DNA of 64,000 nucleotides, taken from the NCBI GenBank assembly GCA_965206595.1, contig OZ242214.1:1184001-1248000 (forward strand), written 5' to 3'. The stretch's first letter is position 1; each line of letters opens with the position of its first letter. This document shows positions 19,165-29,727 of the stretch, one piece after another. The translations under genes and the position numbers were made by a program. The notes under the pieces were generated by a model that was not told where the DNA came from, searched no databases, and worked only from the letters and a program-made list of their open reading frames with translations. The stretch is from Candidatus Latescibacterota bacterium. GTDB taxonomy: Bacteria; Latescibacterota; UBA2968; UBA8231.

Positions 19165-21991
19165 CGAACCGCCTGCTGGCAGAGCGATTTTCGCGGCACT
19201 GTTCCTGGGCCTGACGGCCTTGGCGAACGCCCCGGATCTCGACGCCCAGCAGTACGGCGCCCGGCTCGGCGTGCAGGAGGGGGGCGCCATCTCCTTCGAG
19301 CCAAAAGGGTGGGGCGTCCTGTTCGGCGCCCTCGATCCTGTCGTGCGGCGATGGTACGTGCCACAGGAGCTGTACAACGACTACCGGTGGCGGCAATCGG
19401 AATACTCGAACTACGCCCGCCAGTACTATCAGCGCTACGTCGATACCAGGATCAACGGCGACTACTTTTACGATTTCTACGGTGACTACATCGGCTTCGG
19501 TTGGCTGATCTACGACTGGCGGCAGCAACGGCCCTCCTCAGATGGCAGCGGTATTTTCAAGGGCAGGAATTTCGGCAGCTTCTTTACCAACCTCACGGTG
19601 AGCGGCGATTCGCAAGGGCAGTACGGCTATGCCGTCACGGTGGGCACCGAGCTGCGCACCACACTCACGCCCATGACCTTCTCGAAACCGGATTTCAACG
19701 GGGTCCAGATCGACTTCGCGTCGGACCGGTATGCGGCGACGATTCTGGCCTCGCGCATCAGCGACCCGGCCCCTTTTGCCACGACCTCGCCTCTGAGACG
19801 GCGAAACATCACGAGCCTCGTGGGCGGCAGGGCCACGGTCCAGGTCGGAGATCACATCACCCTGGGCGGCACCCTGGTCGATGCCCGCAACGGCAACACC
19901 GCCCTCGAGAGGGGCGACCCGATTGCCGGCAGCCTCACGCTCGGTCAGAGCGGGACGCCGGTGACGGCGATCGCCATCGTCCTGAGCGATGACAGTCCCG
20001 AGGATGGGGAGGGTGGCGCGGCTCTGTTCGGCCACGACGTACAGATCACCGTCAAGGACTTCGACACGGGGCAGGAGACGGTTCACACCCTCGCCGAGGT
20101 GGTGCGGCCGGGAACGGAGTGGCCGGCCGTGGTCGGGGGGTTCGACCGGGAGGGCTATCTCGCCGCCGACGGCACCGAGCGCATAGTCCTGAACTACGAC
20201 TTCACCGATCCCGCCTTCCAACTCCTGCGAGAAGACGGCACCCGGATCGACGCCAGCAACATCATCGAGGTCGAGTTCGAATACGTGCTGGCCAACGACT
20301 ACCGGATCCAGATGTGGTCGAACCGGCAGACCGGCACCGGCGGGGGGGGGGACGTGCCCCAGCCGCCGCTGACTGGTGCCCTCATCGACCAGGCGGAGCC
20401 CGTTCTGTTTACCATCGAGCGGGCGCGGGGCAACGTTGCGCACCTTACCAATGTTCAGGTGGTGAGTTTCCACTACGGTCTGCCCACGGCGAACCTGGTG
20501 GGTGGGTTCACGGTCGAGGCCACGGACTTGCTCGGCTTCGACTTCTACGGCGAGTGGGATCGGAATGTGCGCTATTCGCAGTATCCCAACACCTTTCGCT
20601 TCAGCGCCAACAAAGGGCACGAAATCTCGTCCCGCAGCGCCGAGGCCTCGCTGCTGACGATCTCCAGGCAGGACTACCCTTACTTTGCCTTCGCGGAGCT
20701 CTACTCTATCGACGAGGACTACTCGACGAGCGCGTTCGTCTCCGACAATCAGGGGGACTTCAAGTACGATCAGCCCGTCAGCGTGCTCTACGAATTCGTC
20801 GACGACAACGACGACAACGATCGCCGGGCGGACTGGTCGAGGGCGGGCGGTGGTACGACCGATACGCAGGTCTACCCGGGCTGGGACGAGAACTGGGACT
20901 TCATCTCTGATTTCAACCAGAACGATTCCGGCGCCATTCCGAACAGGATTCCCGACTACGACGAGCCGTTTCTGCGTCACGATGTGGACCGCCCGGAGTT
21001 TCTCTTCGGCATCGATTTGAACAACAATGCCTGGATCGATCGATTCGAGGACGATGACTTACCCGATTACCCGTACAAAGCAGACCGACGGGGCTATAAC
21101 ATCTTCGGGGGAATTCATCTGACGCCCGAGTCCCGGCTGTTCCTGGGCCGAATCGAGGAGGAGATGTTCTCCGACGAGCGCCAGAGCACAGGCACCTACG
21201 CGCTGTTCACTGTCGACAAGGACTACCCGGACCTCGGCCGCGTGCGGGTCTTCGACATGCTCAGACGCGTCGCCGACCGCATCCCCGACGACCGTCGGGC
21301 CTCGGCCTTGTTCAGGGGTGCTCCGCTGCAGCCCCTCGTACCAGACATCCTGCCGGCGCCCGATACGTGGATCAACACGGGCTGGGTCGGCTTCGATTAC
21401 GCAGGGGTCCCGCGACTGAAAATCATCAACAAGCTCAAGCACGAATTCTACAACCAGGAGAAGGGCGCCCGCGACATCGACGGCCGGCCGCTCGACGAGG
21501 TGACCACCTTCTTCGGGCTCGTCAACAAGGTCGAATACCGTCTCGATGCGGCGGGATTGAGTCTGTACCCGAAGCTGAAGAGCGAGTTCCTGTATCAGGA
21601 GGCCTTCGCAGCCGAGGACGACGATCGGCACCACTGGCAGGGCCTGTTCACGCTGATGGCCCGCTTGCCGTTTCTCAGGCGCAGTGAAATCGCCGCCGGG
21701 ATCGAGCTGGCCCGCTTCGCGGAACGCACCGTGGACGAAGAGGCCATGATCGAACAGCGCCTGGCCGGTGAAACCGGGGATCTCCGCTCGGCCGTGTTTG
21801 GCGTTCAGATGTCGAACCGGTCCGAGTATCTCGGCTATCGTCTGACCACTCAGCTTGGCGTCCGAATCACGCGCCTCTCGACAGAACTCATCGAGCTGGC
21901 CCGGACGGATCCGGACATCGTCTTCGCCCGGGAGTGGGAGGGGGAGACGGAGGCCATGAGCTTTTTCACCATTTACGCCGGACTCGAATGA
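19151..21991 (+). CDS. Uncharacterised ~950-aa secreted, putative outer-membrane beta-barrel protein (paralog 1)
   Basis: Signal peptide; Tyr/Trp-rich N-terminus; DDNDDND and GIDLNNNAWIDRFEDD motifs; amphipathic strands; ends FFTIYAGLE. Start approximate. Confidence 0.75.
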   Translation: MSRIDEPPAGRAIFAALFLGLTALANAPDLDAQQYGARLGVQEGGAISFEPKGWGVLFGALDPVVRRWYVPQELYNDYRWRQSEYSNYARQYYQRYVDTRINGDYFYDFYGDYIGFGWLIYDWRQQRPSSDGSGIFKGRNFGSFFTNLTVSGDSQGQYGYAVTVGTELRTTLTPMTFSKPDFNGVQIDFASDRYAATILASRISDPAPFATTSPLRRRNITSLVGGRATVQVGDHITLGGTLVDARNGNTALERGDPIAGSLTLGQSGTPVTAIAIVLSDDSPEDGEGGAALFGHDVQITVKDFDTGQETVHTLAEVVRPGTEWPAVVGGFDREGYLAADGTERIVLNYDFTDPAFQLLREDGTRIDASNIIEVEFEYVLANDYRIQMWSNRQTGTGGGGDVPQPPLTGALIDQAEPVLFTIERARGNVAHLTNVQVVSFHYGLPTANLVGGFTVEATDLLGFDFYGEWDRNVRYSQYPNTFRFSANKGHEISSRSAEASLLTISRQDYPYFAFAELYSIDEDYSTSAFVSDNQGDFKYDQPVSVLYEFVDDNDDNDRRADWSRAGGGTTDTQVYPGWDENWDFISDFNQNDSGAIPNRIPDYDEPFLRHDVDRPEFLFGIDLNNNAWIDRFEDDDLPDYPYKADRRGYNIFGGIHLTPESRLFLGRIEEEMFSDERQSTGTYALFTVDKDYPDLGRVRVFDMLRRVADRIPDDRRASALFRGAPLQPLVPDILPAPDTWINTGWVGFDYAGVPRLKIINKLKHEFYNQEKGARDIDGRPLDEVTTFFGLVNKVEYRLDAAGLSLYPKLKSEFLYQEAFAAEDDDRHHWQGLFTLMARLPFLRRSEIAAGIELARFAERTVDEEAMIEQRLAGETGDLRSAVFGVQMSNRSEYLGYRLTTQLGVRITRLSTELIELARTDPDIVFAREWEGETEAMSFFTIYAGLE

Positions 21992-24906
21992 CGATGGCTG
22001 GCCATCCACGTGCCAGAATTCTCGGGACGAGCGTACTGCTGGCGGCCCTGATTCCCCTCCCCCTGCTCGCTCAAGGGCCGTACGGTTTTCGGATCGGCAA
22101 CCGCGTCGGGGACGAAGTCCTCTACCGTCCCCGGGGGGTGAATATCTACGCAGAGGCCCTCGACCCGACCATCGGTCGCTGGTACCTGCCGGCATCGATG
22201 TTCGGCGAGCGGGGCCGCCGCCAGTGGGAATACACGAACTACGCTTCCGACATCTACAAGCGGTATGTGAGCAGCACACAGGAGGGGGCCTACTTCTACG
22301 ATCAGTACGGCGACCTCATCACGCAGGGGTGGCTGATCTACGACTGGCGCCAGACACAGCCGGCCAGTTCGGGCGGTTCCCAGGTGCTGCAGGATGCGCG
22401 CTACACCAGGTGGTTCGACCGCCTGGTCATCGCCTCCGACGTAAGCGGCGGGCGGGGGTACGCGCTCACCGTTGGGGACGAGATGTTCGCCACTCTCACA
22501 CCCATGACGTTCCGCAAGGCCGGCTTCAACGGACTGGTGGGCAGCTACGCAGCCGACCGTTTCCGCTTCACCGGTGTGCTGTCGAGAATCTCGAACCCCG
22601 CCTTCGGCGGCCTCGTGAGCTTCTCCAATTTTACCAATCTCATGGGCGGCAGGGCGGAGGTGGATGTGGCCGACTTCCTGACGGTGGGCCTGAATTTCAT
22701 CAACAGTCACAACAACAGCGCCACCCGCGACGCCTTCACGGGGAATCCGATGAAGGGGTTCCTCAGCGCCGTGCAGCTGTCCGAGCGGTTGGAGCTTCTC
22801 GTACTGCGGCTGTCCGACGACTCGCCCGAGGACGGCGAAGGCGGAGTCGTCCTCTTCAGCGACGATGTGCAGGTCCACACGACACTCGTGCGCGAGCTGC
22901 CCGATGCGGAGCCTCCCGTCATGGCTCGGATCGATACGGTCATACTGGGCAGCGACATCGGTTTCCAACCCGTCGTGGAGGGTGGCCGGCTGGAGCGCGG
23001 TTTCCTGACGGCGAGCGGAACCGAGGATATCGTGCTCAAGTATCCGCTGGTGGAGCGACCGGAAGCGGATGTGACCGATCTGAGAACACTGCTGATAGAT
23101 CGACTTCGCCTTACACCTGAGGAGGCCGAGGACGCGGTCTCCAACATCAGGGATGTCCGGTTCCGCCTCGTCGTGGCAAACGACTACCGCATCGAGGCGA
23201 CCTCGAACCGGCAGACCGACGACGCTGACGTGCCTCAGTTCCGGCTCGTGACGCGGGCCGAAGGGAACGTGAAGAACGGGCTGAACCGGCAAGAGGTCGT
23301 CTTCGATTACGGCCTGCCGACGGCGAACCAGATCGCGGGGATTTCGACCGAGATCCGCGACTTCCACGGCATCGACTTCTACGGCGAGGCCAACCTCAAC
23401 ACGACCTACCGCAAATACCCCTCGGGCGGGCTCGATAAGCACCGCGCCATCTCCGGCATTCGGGGGGACGAGCACGCCGTCGGCTTCATACTCAACCTGT
23501 CCTGGAGACATGGCCCATGGTCCGTTTTCGCCGAGGGGTTCGGCATGGACGACGATTACACCACGAGCGTGCGTCCTGTGCGAACGGGGGGCCGTACGAA
23601 TTATGATCCAGAGGCCACCAACGTGCTCTACGACTACGTCGACGACAACGACGACAACGACCGGCACCCGGACCAGCTGCGCATCGGCGAGGGCAGTCTC
23701 ATTCCCGATCCGCAGCGGCCGCAGGTGACGATCGAGTCTCGCGGCAGGGCCGATCCCGAAGTCTTTCCGGGTTACGATGAGAACGGCGATTTCATCTCCG
23801 ACTTCAACCAGAACGATATCCCCGGACGGCGGAACTTCTTCCCCGACTACGACGAGCCCTTCCTGCGCTATCACGCCGATCGTCCCCGGTTCCTCGTCGG
23901 GATGGACCTGAACAACAACGGCTGGGCGGAGCGCTTCGAGAACGACGACCAGCCGGACTACCCCTACAAGAAGGACCACTGGGGGCGAAACGTATACGGC
24001 GGTGTCGAGCTCTCTCCGGGAGCGAGATTGAGAGTCGGACAGCTGCGGGAGGAGACCAGGAAAAGCTCACGAGAAAGCGTGGCGACCTACGGACTCGCGA
24101 CCGCCGACGAGGATCGGCCGTGGGGGCGGGTCCGCTTGTTCGACATGCTGAAAAAGGTAGAGGACGACATTCCCGATCACTTGATGCAATGGGTCATCCC
24201 GAGGACGGACTTCGGGCGCGCTGCCACCTCGCGCGGGCGGAACCAGCCGGTGCAGGACCCCCTGGCAGCCGAGGACACCTGGATCAACAGCTTCTACGCC
24301 GACTACCGCTACGACAGCCCCCGCGGCTGGGCGACCTTTCACCGCTTCAAGTGGGAGACCTGGCGTCAGCGTCAGGCTGACGTCGAGGTCACACTCGATG
24401 CCGCCGGCGACACAGTCTCTGTTTTTGATCCCCTCGGTCCGGAGGGACGAAACGGACGGGAGCACTCCGGGTTTACCGGCCTGATCAACAAGGTCGAATA
24501 CGTTCACGACCTCGGACCGATGCAGATCGAGCCGCGATTCAAGAGCGAGTTCCTCAGCGAGACTCCTTTCCGGCGCGATGAGCTCAAACGGCGCTCCTGG
24601 GACGCCATCTTCTTCCTCCAGCTGTCGATGCCGCTGCTCCGCTCGACCCAGCTGCAGGCCGGCTGGGAGCAACGCTTTTTCCACGAACTGATAGAAGACG
24701 AGGACGAACTCGCGGGCCTGTTCAGCGGCGATTTCCGCGGCTCGGTGCTGGCGCTCCAGCTGACGAATCGCAGTGATTACCTGGGCTATCACGTCACGAC
24801 ACAGCTGGGCAGCCGCATCGATCGACGTTCTCTAGAGATCGTCGACGGCGATCGGGACACAGATACCTCCGGTCTGATCTTTCTCACCGTGATGGCGGGC
24901 CTGTAG
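21988..24906 (+). CDS. Uncharacterised putative outer-membrane beta-barrel protein (paralog 2)
   Basis: ATGA overlap with paralog 1; shares ALDP..RWY, GWLIYDWRQ, TLTPMTF, SDDSPEDGEGG, YGLPTAN, DFISDFNQND, PDYDEPFLR. Confidence 0.75.
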   Translation: MTMAGHPRARILGTSVLLAALIPLPLLAQGPYGFRIGNRVGDEVLYRPRGVNIYAEALDPTIGRWYLPASMFGERGRRQWEYTNYASDIYKRYVSSTQEGAYFYDQYGDLITQGWLIYDWRQTQPASSGGSQVLQDARYTRWFDRLVIASDVSGGRGYALTVGDEMFATLTPMTFRKAGFNGLVGSYAADRFRFTGVLSRISNPAFGGLVSFSNFTNLMGGRAEVDVADFLTVGLNFINSHNNSATRDAFTGNPMKGFLSAVQLSERLELLVLRLSDDSPEDGEGGVVLFSDDVQVHTTLVRELPDAEPPVMARIDTVILGSDIGFQPVVEGGRLERGFLTASGTEDIVLKYPLVERPEADVTDLRTLLIDRLRLTPEEAEDAVSNIRDVRFRLVVANDYRIEATSNRQTDDADVPQFRLVTRAEGNVKNGLNRQEVVFDYGLPTANQIAGISTEIRDFHGIDFYGEANLNTTYRKYPSGGLDKHRAISGIRGDEHAVGFILNLSWRHGPWSVFAEGFGMDDDYTTSVRPVRTGGRTNYDPEATNVLYDYVDDNDDNDRHPDQLRIGEGSLIPDPQRPQVTIESRGRADPEVFPGYDENGDFISDFNQNDIPGRRNFFPDYDEPFLRYHADRPRFLVGMDLNNNGWAERFENDDQPDYPYKKDHWGRNVYGGVELSPGARLRVGQLREETRKSSRESVATYGLATADEDRPWGRVRLFDMLKKVEDDIPDHLMQWVIPRTDFGRAATSRGRNQPVQDPLAAEDTWINSFYADYRYDSPRGWATFHRFKWETWRQRQADVEVTLDAAGDTVSVFDPLGPEGRNGREHSGFTGLINKVEYVHDLGPMQIEPRFKSEFLSETPFRRDELKRRSWDAIFFLQLSMPLLRSTQLQAGWEQRFFHELIEDEDELAGLFSGDFRGSVLALQLTNRSDYLGYHVTTQLGSRIDRRSLEIVDGDRDTDTSGLIFLTVMAGL

Positions 24907-26558
24907 TGGCTGGCCGCCGGCTGCTCACCCTGGTCGCCATACTGCACGGACTTGCCGTAGCGGCAAGTTCCGCGTCGGAGAGCAACCCGGTGATCGCCCA
25001 GGTGGGGGCGACGGAAATCACGCTGAGCGACTTGGAGTCGTTTGGCGCCAGCCTGCCGGAGGTCTACAAGGGAGAGGAGCCCGGCGTTTCGTCGGACAGT
25101 CTGTTGCTCGAGAGTCTCATCGACAAGACCGTCCTGCTGCAGCAAGCCAGAGCGATGGGAATCGACGAAGAGCCCTGGTTCGATCCGACGATCTCGCGCT
25201 TTAGAGAGCAGAGAATGCTCATCCTCCACGGACAGCGCGAGATCAACGCCAAGGTCGTCGTCACCGAGCAGGAGATACTGGAGCAATACCGACAGACGCA
25301 ACGCGATCGGGCGCTCCGGTTCGCCGGAATCATGTTGGCGACTCGTGAGGAGGCGCTCGGGGTACTGGCGGAGCTGGAAGAGGGAGCTGACTTCGCCGAT
25401 CTGGCGCGACAGCGCTCGGTCTACGAAGAGACCAGGGACCGGGGTGGAGACAACTTCAAGTACCTGACCAAGGACGCCACCGCGGAGGAGATTAGAGAAG
25501 AGATCTTTCGCCTCGAGGTGGGGGAGCTCTCCGAACCCGTGTCCCTCGCATACAAGGGCGCGAGACACTATGCGATTTTCAAGATACTGGACGAGATGCC
25601 ACTTCCGGTAGCCGAGTCTGAGGATGTGCTGCGGGGAGAGGTCTTTGCTCGAAAACAGCAGGAGCGTGTAGCGGCGGTAAGCGATTCGCTCGTCGAGGCG
25701 TACGCGCCGCAGATCCAGTTCGAAGTCGTTTCCGATCTGCTGCGATCGACCCACTCGACGCCGGGAGACACTGCCGCGGTGGCGGGTATCGACCCGAGCG
25801 TCGTCATCGTCGACTACCGAGGAGGGCAGCTCACGGTCGGAGATCTGCAGAGCATGGCGCCCCAGGGACAGGGATTTGCCGACAGCACCTCCTTCGTAAG
25901 GTATCTTCGAGACCGCGTCATCGTCGATCGACTTCGCCTGGAGGAGGCGCATGCCGCAGGACTGCACCAGGACCCCTCGGTCGTCTCGGCGGTGGAGGCC
26001 GAACGGCAGGACCTGCTCATGAGTACCGTGCGGGATCGGGAAGTGGTCGAGCAGGTGGCGGTCTCACCCGAAGAGGCCAGGGCCTACTACGAAGATCACC
26101 CGGAGCTCTTTCAAACCTTGGACGAGATGGAAGTGATCGAAGTGCTAGTCCCTTCTCCGCAGCTGGCGCGGCAACTGAAGCAAGAGTTGGAACAGGGGGC
26201 GGACCCGGAGGAGCTGGCGACCTCGCACACGTTCCGCAAGGGGCGGGCGCACCACGGAGGTCGGATCAAGCTGGGCACGGTAACGCGCTATCCAGACGTC
26301 TACGAAGCGGCGAAGGAGATGGAGGTCGGCGACATCGGGGGGCCGGTGAAGGTGAAAGACGGATATTCCGTGTTTGTGATCCTCGACCGCAAGTCGCCGG
26401 AGCTCAAGCCGTACCACGATTTTTCCAAGCGTCGCGCCACAGCGTTCGTCACAATGCAGAAAAGATCCCGGGCCTACAAGGACTACGTGCGCCGGTTGCG
26501 GGACAGGTACGGCGTAACGGTCTTCTGGGACGAACTGCAGAAGATCGACAGATCGTAG
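24906..26558 (+). CDS. SurA/PrsA-like peptidyl-prolyl isomerase with two PpiC domains
   Basis: Signal peptide; GADFADLARQRS...GGD, GELSEPV; second GADPEELA...GDIGGPV. Confidence 0.85.
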   Translation: MAGRRLLTLVAILHGLAVAASSASESNPVIAQVGATEITLSDLESFGASLPEVYKGEEPGVSSDSLLLESLIDKTVLLQQARAMGIDEEPWFDPTISRFREQRMLILHGQREINAKVVVTEQEILEQYRQTQRDRALRFAGIMLATREEALGVLAELEEGADFADLARQRSVYEETRDRGGDNFKYLTKDATAEEIREEIFRLEVGELSEPVSLAYKGARHYAIFKILDEMPLPVAESEDVLRGEVFARKQQERVAAVSDSLVEAYAPQIQFEVVSDLLRSTHSTPGDTAAVAGIDPSVVIVDYRGGQLTVGDLQSMAPQGQGFADSTSFVRYLRDRVIVDRLRLEEAHAAGLHQDPSVVSAVEAERQDLLMSTVRDREVVEQVAVSPEEARAYYEDHPELFQTLDEMEVIEVLVPSPQLARQLKQELEQGADPEELATSHTFRKGRAHHGGRIKLGTVTRYPDVYEAAKEMEVGDIGGPVKVKDGYSVFVILDRKSPELKPYHDFSKRRATAFVTMQKRSRAYKDYVRRLRDRYGVTVFWDELQKIDRS

Positions 26559-26563
26559 AGCCC

Positions 26564-26878
26564 ATGCTCGGACCGCGCTCGTCCACTCCGAGCATGTCTT
26601 CGTCGCGATCCCCCTTCACCTGGAAAGGCCTCCTCGTCGGCTGCCTGCTGTCGCTGTTCGCCGGCGCCCCTGGGTTCATCACCGGCCAGATCTGGCTTTC
26701 TGCCTTCGTCGCCTGGCTCCTGAAGGCCGTTACCCTGCAGTACGGTGGCCCTGGTCTCTTCGCCCAGCTGCGGCCGTTCTTCCCGGGCCTCATCCTGGGA
26801 GAGACGACGACAGGCGGCGTGTGGCTCGTCATCGACGGCATAACCGGCAACTACGGCAATCGCATCACGGCCATGTGA
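26564..26878 (+). pseudogene. Internally deleted DUF6785/DUF6784 membrane protein
   Basis: N-terminus SPFTWKGLLVG and C-terminus LRPFFPGLILGE match the two ends of the 47269..49194 protein; more than 500 aa are missing in frame. Confidence 0.8.
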
Positions 26879-26885
26879 GACACTG

Positions 26886-29456
26886 GTGCGCCGCGGGCTT
26901 ATGACCTCATCGATGGGAGCCATCATTCTCGCCCTGTTCTTTCTGTCCGGGGCGTGCTCACTGGTCTACGAGGTCATCTGGGTGCGGATGCTGCTGGTCG
27001 TATTCGGCGTCAGTGCCCACGCCGTCAGCACCGTGCTGGCGTCGTTCATGGCCGGCCTCGCACTGGGCGGGCTCTACTTCGGTCGAGCGACGGACAGGCG
27101 GGCGGAACGGCTGAGGACATACGGGCGACTCGAGATCGCCATCGGCGTGTGCGCCCTCGTCGTTCCTTTCATCATCGGAGCTCTGGACGAAGCTTACGTC
27201 CTCAGCTTCCGGCTCAGCGGTGAGAGTCCCTTCTTCGCCGCCGTCACTCGCCTCGCACTCGCCTTTGCCGTCCTCATCGTGCCGACGACGCTGATGGGTG
27301 CGACCTTGCCCGTCATGAGCAAGTTCGCCGTCGATCGTATTGCGGGCACTGGTTCGACGGTTGGCGGACTCTACGCGGTGAATACCTTCGGTGCTGCCGT
27401 TGGAGTGTTCGTAGCCGCTTTCATACTGCTGCCCAGCGTCGGAGTGACTGGCGCCACCTACCTGGGCGCCGCGACGAATCTGCTCATAGGAGCTACCTCT
27501 CTCCTCCTGAGCCGGACATGGGCGGAGGTGCAAACGCGGGAACACGACATCGCGGCCGAAGAACATCCGGTTGTTCCGAGGCCGACCGTCCGGCACGACT
27601 CTTCCGAGGCTCTTCCGACCTGGATGCGTCCCCTCACACTGGTGGCATTCGGCCTGTCCGGGTTCACCGCTCTGGGCTATGAAGTGGTGTGGACGAGGCT
27701 GTTGACGATTCTCCACAAGGCGGCGACAACGCTGAGTTTCAGCACCATCCTGATCGCCTTCCTCCTCGGCCTCGCCTCAGGTGGAGCCGCCAGCGCACGC
27801 CTCGCGGATCGAGGGCGGGATCCCGCCCTCGCCTTCGGCGCCATCGAGATGCTGATCGGACTCTTCGGCCTCGCCTCGATCGCCCTCCTGGGTGGCGGCG
27901 TCGCCTACTTCAGTTTTCTCGAGAGCGCCTTCAGTCTGTCGCCCGAAGCGGATCTGCTCATTGTCGCCGTCGTCGTCATGTTCGTCCCCACTTTCCTCAT
28001 GGGCGCCGTTTTTCCGATAGCCGTTCGGCTCCAGGTGACCGGACTGCAAAGCGTGGGCCGGCGCATCGGAGACCTCTATGCGGCCAACACCGGTGGGGCT
28101 ATCGCCGGCTCCCTGGCGGCCGGGTTCGTTTTGATCCCCCTCCTCGGGACGCAGTTGACGATTCAGGCCCTGGCGTGGACGAATGTCGTTCTCGGGGTTG
28201 TCCTGCTCCTCGCCGGCCCGCTGACTCGATTGGGGAGAAAATGGGCCCTTGTCGCGGTCTTGGCGCTTCCGGCGGTGGCCCTTGAAGTCGCTGTGCCGGG
28301 GGATCTTTTCGCAAGACTTCTGGATCAGGTCGACCCGCAGGGTGAGCTCATCTACTACAGCGAGGATGTGGGAGGCACGGTCAGCGTCTATCAGATCGCC
28401 GACGGCCATCGCAGCCTGCGGGTGAACGGCACTGGCGAAGTGCGCACCGACCACGCCGCGATGCAGACGTTTCGCACCCTCGGCAATCTGCCTCTCCTAT
28501 TGCACCCCGAGCCCGAGAAAGCTCTCGTCGTGGCCTTCGGCGGGGGCGTGACCCTGTCAGCGGCGGAATTGCACGGTCTGGAGCGTCTCGACTGCGTCGA
28601 GGTCGTACCGGCCGTGTTCGGGGCAGCCGGCTACTTCGCTGAGTACAACAACGGCATCGCCGGTCGCTTCGACTCGTCTCACATCAATTTGATCGCCGAA
28701 GACGGGCGAACCCATCTGCTGCGCACGGACGAGCGCTACGATGTCATCATCTGCGACGCCACCCATCCGACGACGGCGGACAGCTGGCTGCTGTACACCC
28801 GCGAGTTCTACGACCTCTGCCGCCGGGGCTTGAAGGATGGCGGCTTGCTCGCTCAATGGGTGCCCCTTCACGGCCTGACGGCCGAGGATTACAGAGTCAT
28901 CCTGCGGACCTTCAGGTCCACGTTCCCGCACGTTTCGGTATGGCTGAACGAAATCTACACGATCCTGCTCGGTTCCTTCGACCCCCTGCATATCGACTAC
29001 GCCAGGCTGCAGCGACGGCTTGCGCGACCCGAAATCGAGGCTAATCTCGCGCCGGTCGACCTCGGTGACGCCGTTTCCTTTCTCAGCACTCTCGCTCTCG
29101 ACCGGGCGGCCGTAGACCGCTGCGTGGGCAAGGGCCCGATCAACACCGACGCCATGGCCCTGATTGGTTACGCCGACAGCGATGCCTACGGTCTCAACGG
29201 CGTGGCAGCCCTCGAAAGCATGAGGCGCCATCTCATCGAAGAGGTGGACGCCTCCATGCTTTCGGGCGCCTGCCCGGAACAGGTGGAAAGGCTCGAGAAG
29301 CGCCTCGCGGCACGCCGCTACGCCGTCGAGGGGACGATCGCCATGCTCAAGGGTGACAGGAGCAGAGCGCGGGAGCGGTTCTGGCGTGCCGCTGCGATCG
29401 ATCCAGAGGAAAACGTGTCGCGCCGATTGCTCGAGGTGCTGGGCGAACGGCACTAA
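26886..29456 (+). CDS. Fused membrane (MFS-like)/spermidine-synthase-like SAM-fold protein
   Basis: FFLSGACSLVYEVIW, LYAVNTFGA, VVAFGGGVT, EDGR, DVIICD, LYTREFY. Confidence 0.88.
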   Translation: MRRGLMTSSMGAIILALFFLSGACSLVYEVIWVRMLLVVFGVSAHAVSTVLASFMAGLALGGLYFGRATDRRAERLRTYGRLEIAIGVCALVVPFIIGALDEAYVLSFRLSGESPFFAAVTRLALAFAVLIVPTTLMGATLPVMSKFAVDRIAGTGSTVGGLYAVNTFGAAVGVFVAAFILLPSVGVTGATYLGAATNLLIGATSLLLSRTWAEVQTREHDIAAEEHPVVPRPTVRHDSSEALPTWMRPLTLVAFGLSGFTALGYEVVWTRLLTILHKAATTLSFSTILIAFLLGLASGGAASARLADRGRDPALAFGAIEMLIGLFGLASIALLGGGVAYFSFLESAFSLSPEADLLIVAVVVMFVPTFLMGAVFPIAVRLQVTGLQSVGRRIGDLYAANTGGAIAGSLAAGFVLIPLLGTQLTIQALAWTNVVLGVVLLLAGPLTRLGRKWALVAVLALPAVALEVAVPGDLFARLLDQVDPQGELIYYSEDVGGTVSVYQIADGHRSLRVNGTGEVRTDHAAMQTFRTLGNLPLLLHPEPEKALVVAFGGGVTLSAAELHGLERLDCVEVVPAVFGAAGYFAEYNNGIAGRFDSSHINLIAEDGRTHLLRTDERYDVIICDATHPTTADSWLLYTREFYDLCRRGLKDGGLLAQWVPLHGLTAEDYRVILRTFRSTFPHVSVWLNEIYTILLGSFDPLHIDYARLQRRLARPEIEANLAPVDLGDAVSFLSTLALDRAAVDRCVGKGPINTDAMALIGYADSDAYGLNGVAALESMRRHLIEEVDASMLSGACPEQVERLEKRLAARRYAVEGTIAMLKGDRSRARERFWRAAAIDPEENVSRRLLEVLGERH

Positions 29457-29519
29457 CGGGAACACGGCACCATCGGCTTCGGCGAAACGCCCCGAGCCAA
29501 ATGCCGCTGTCGTGGGAAG

Positions 29520-29619
29520 GCGCCTTCTCGGCGACGAGGCCGAGTTTCAGGGGGAGCGCGCCATCATGAAGCCGCCCGAAACCGGCGAGCCGGCAACTTT
29601 CCTTGGGCATCAGTTGTGA
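29520..29619 (+). pseudogene. Possible PhyH fragment
   Basis: LLGDEAEFQGERAIMKPP...ATF resembles the segment preceding the PhyH WHQD motif. Confidence 0.35.
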
Positions 29620-29727
29620 AATGACGATTTGACGGCCGTCAAGCCAACCACAAACCGCCCGCCCGTCACTTGACGCGCGCCTTTGAGAACACTCTTTTTT
29701 TCTCGAAAACATGAGGAAGAGCCCGCT

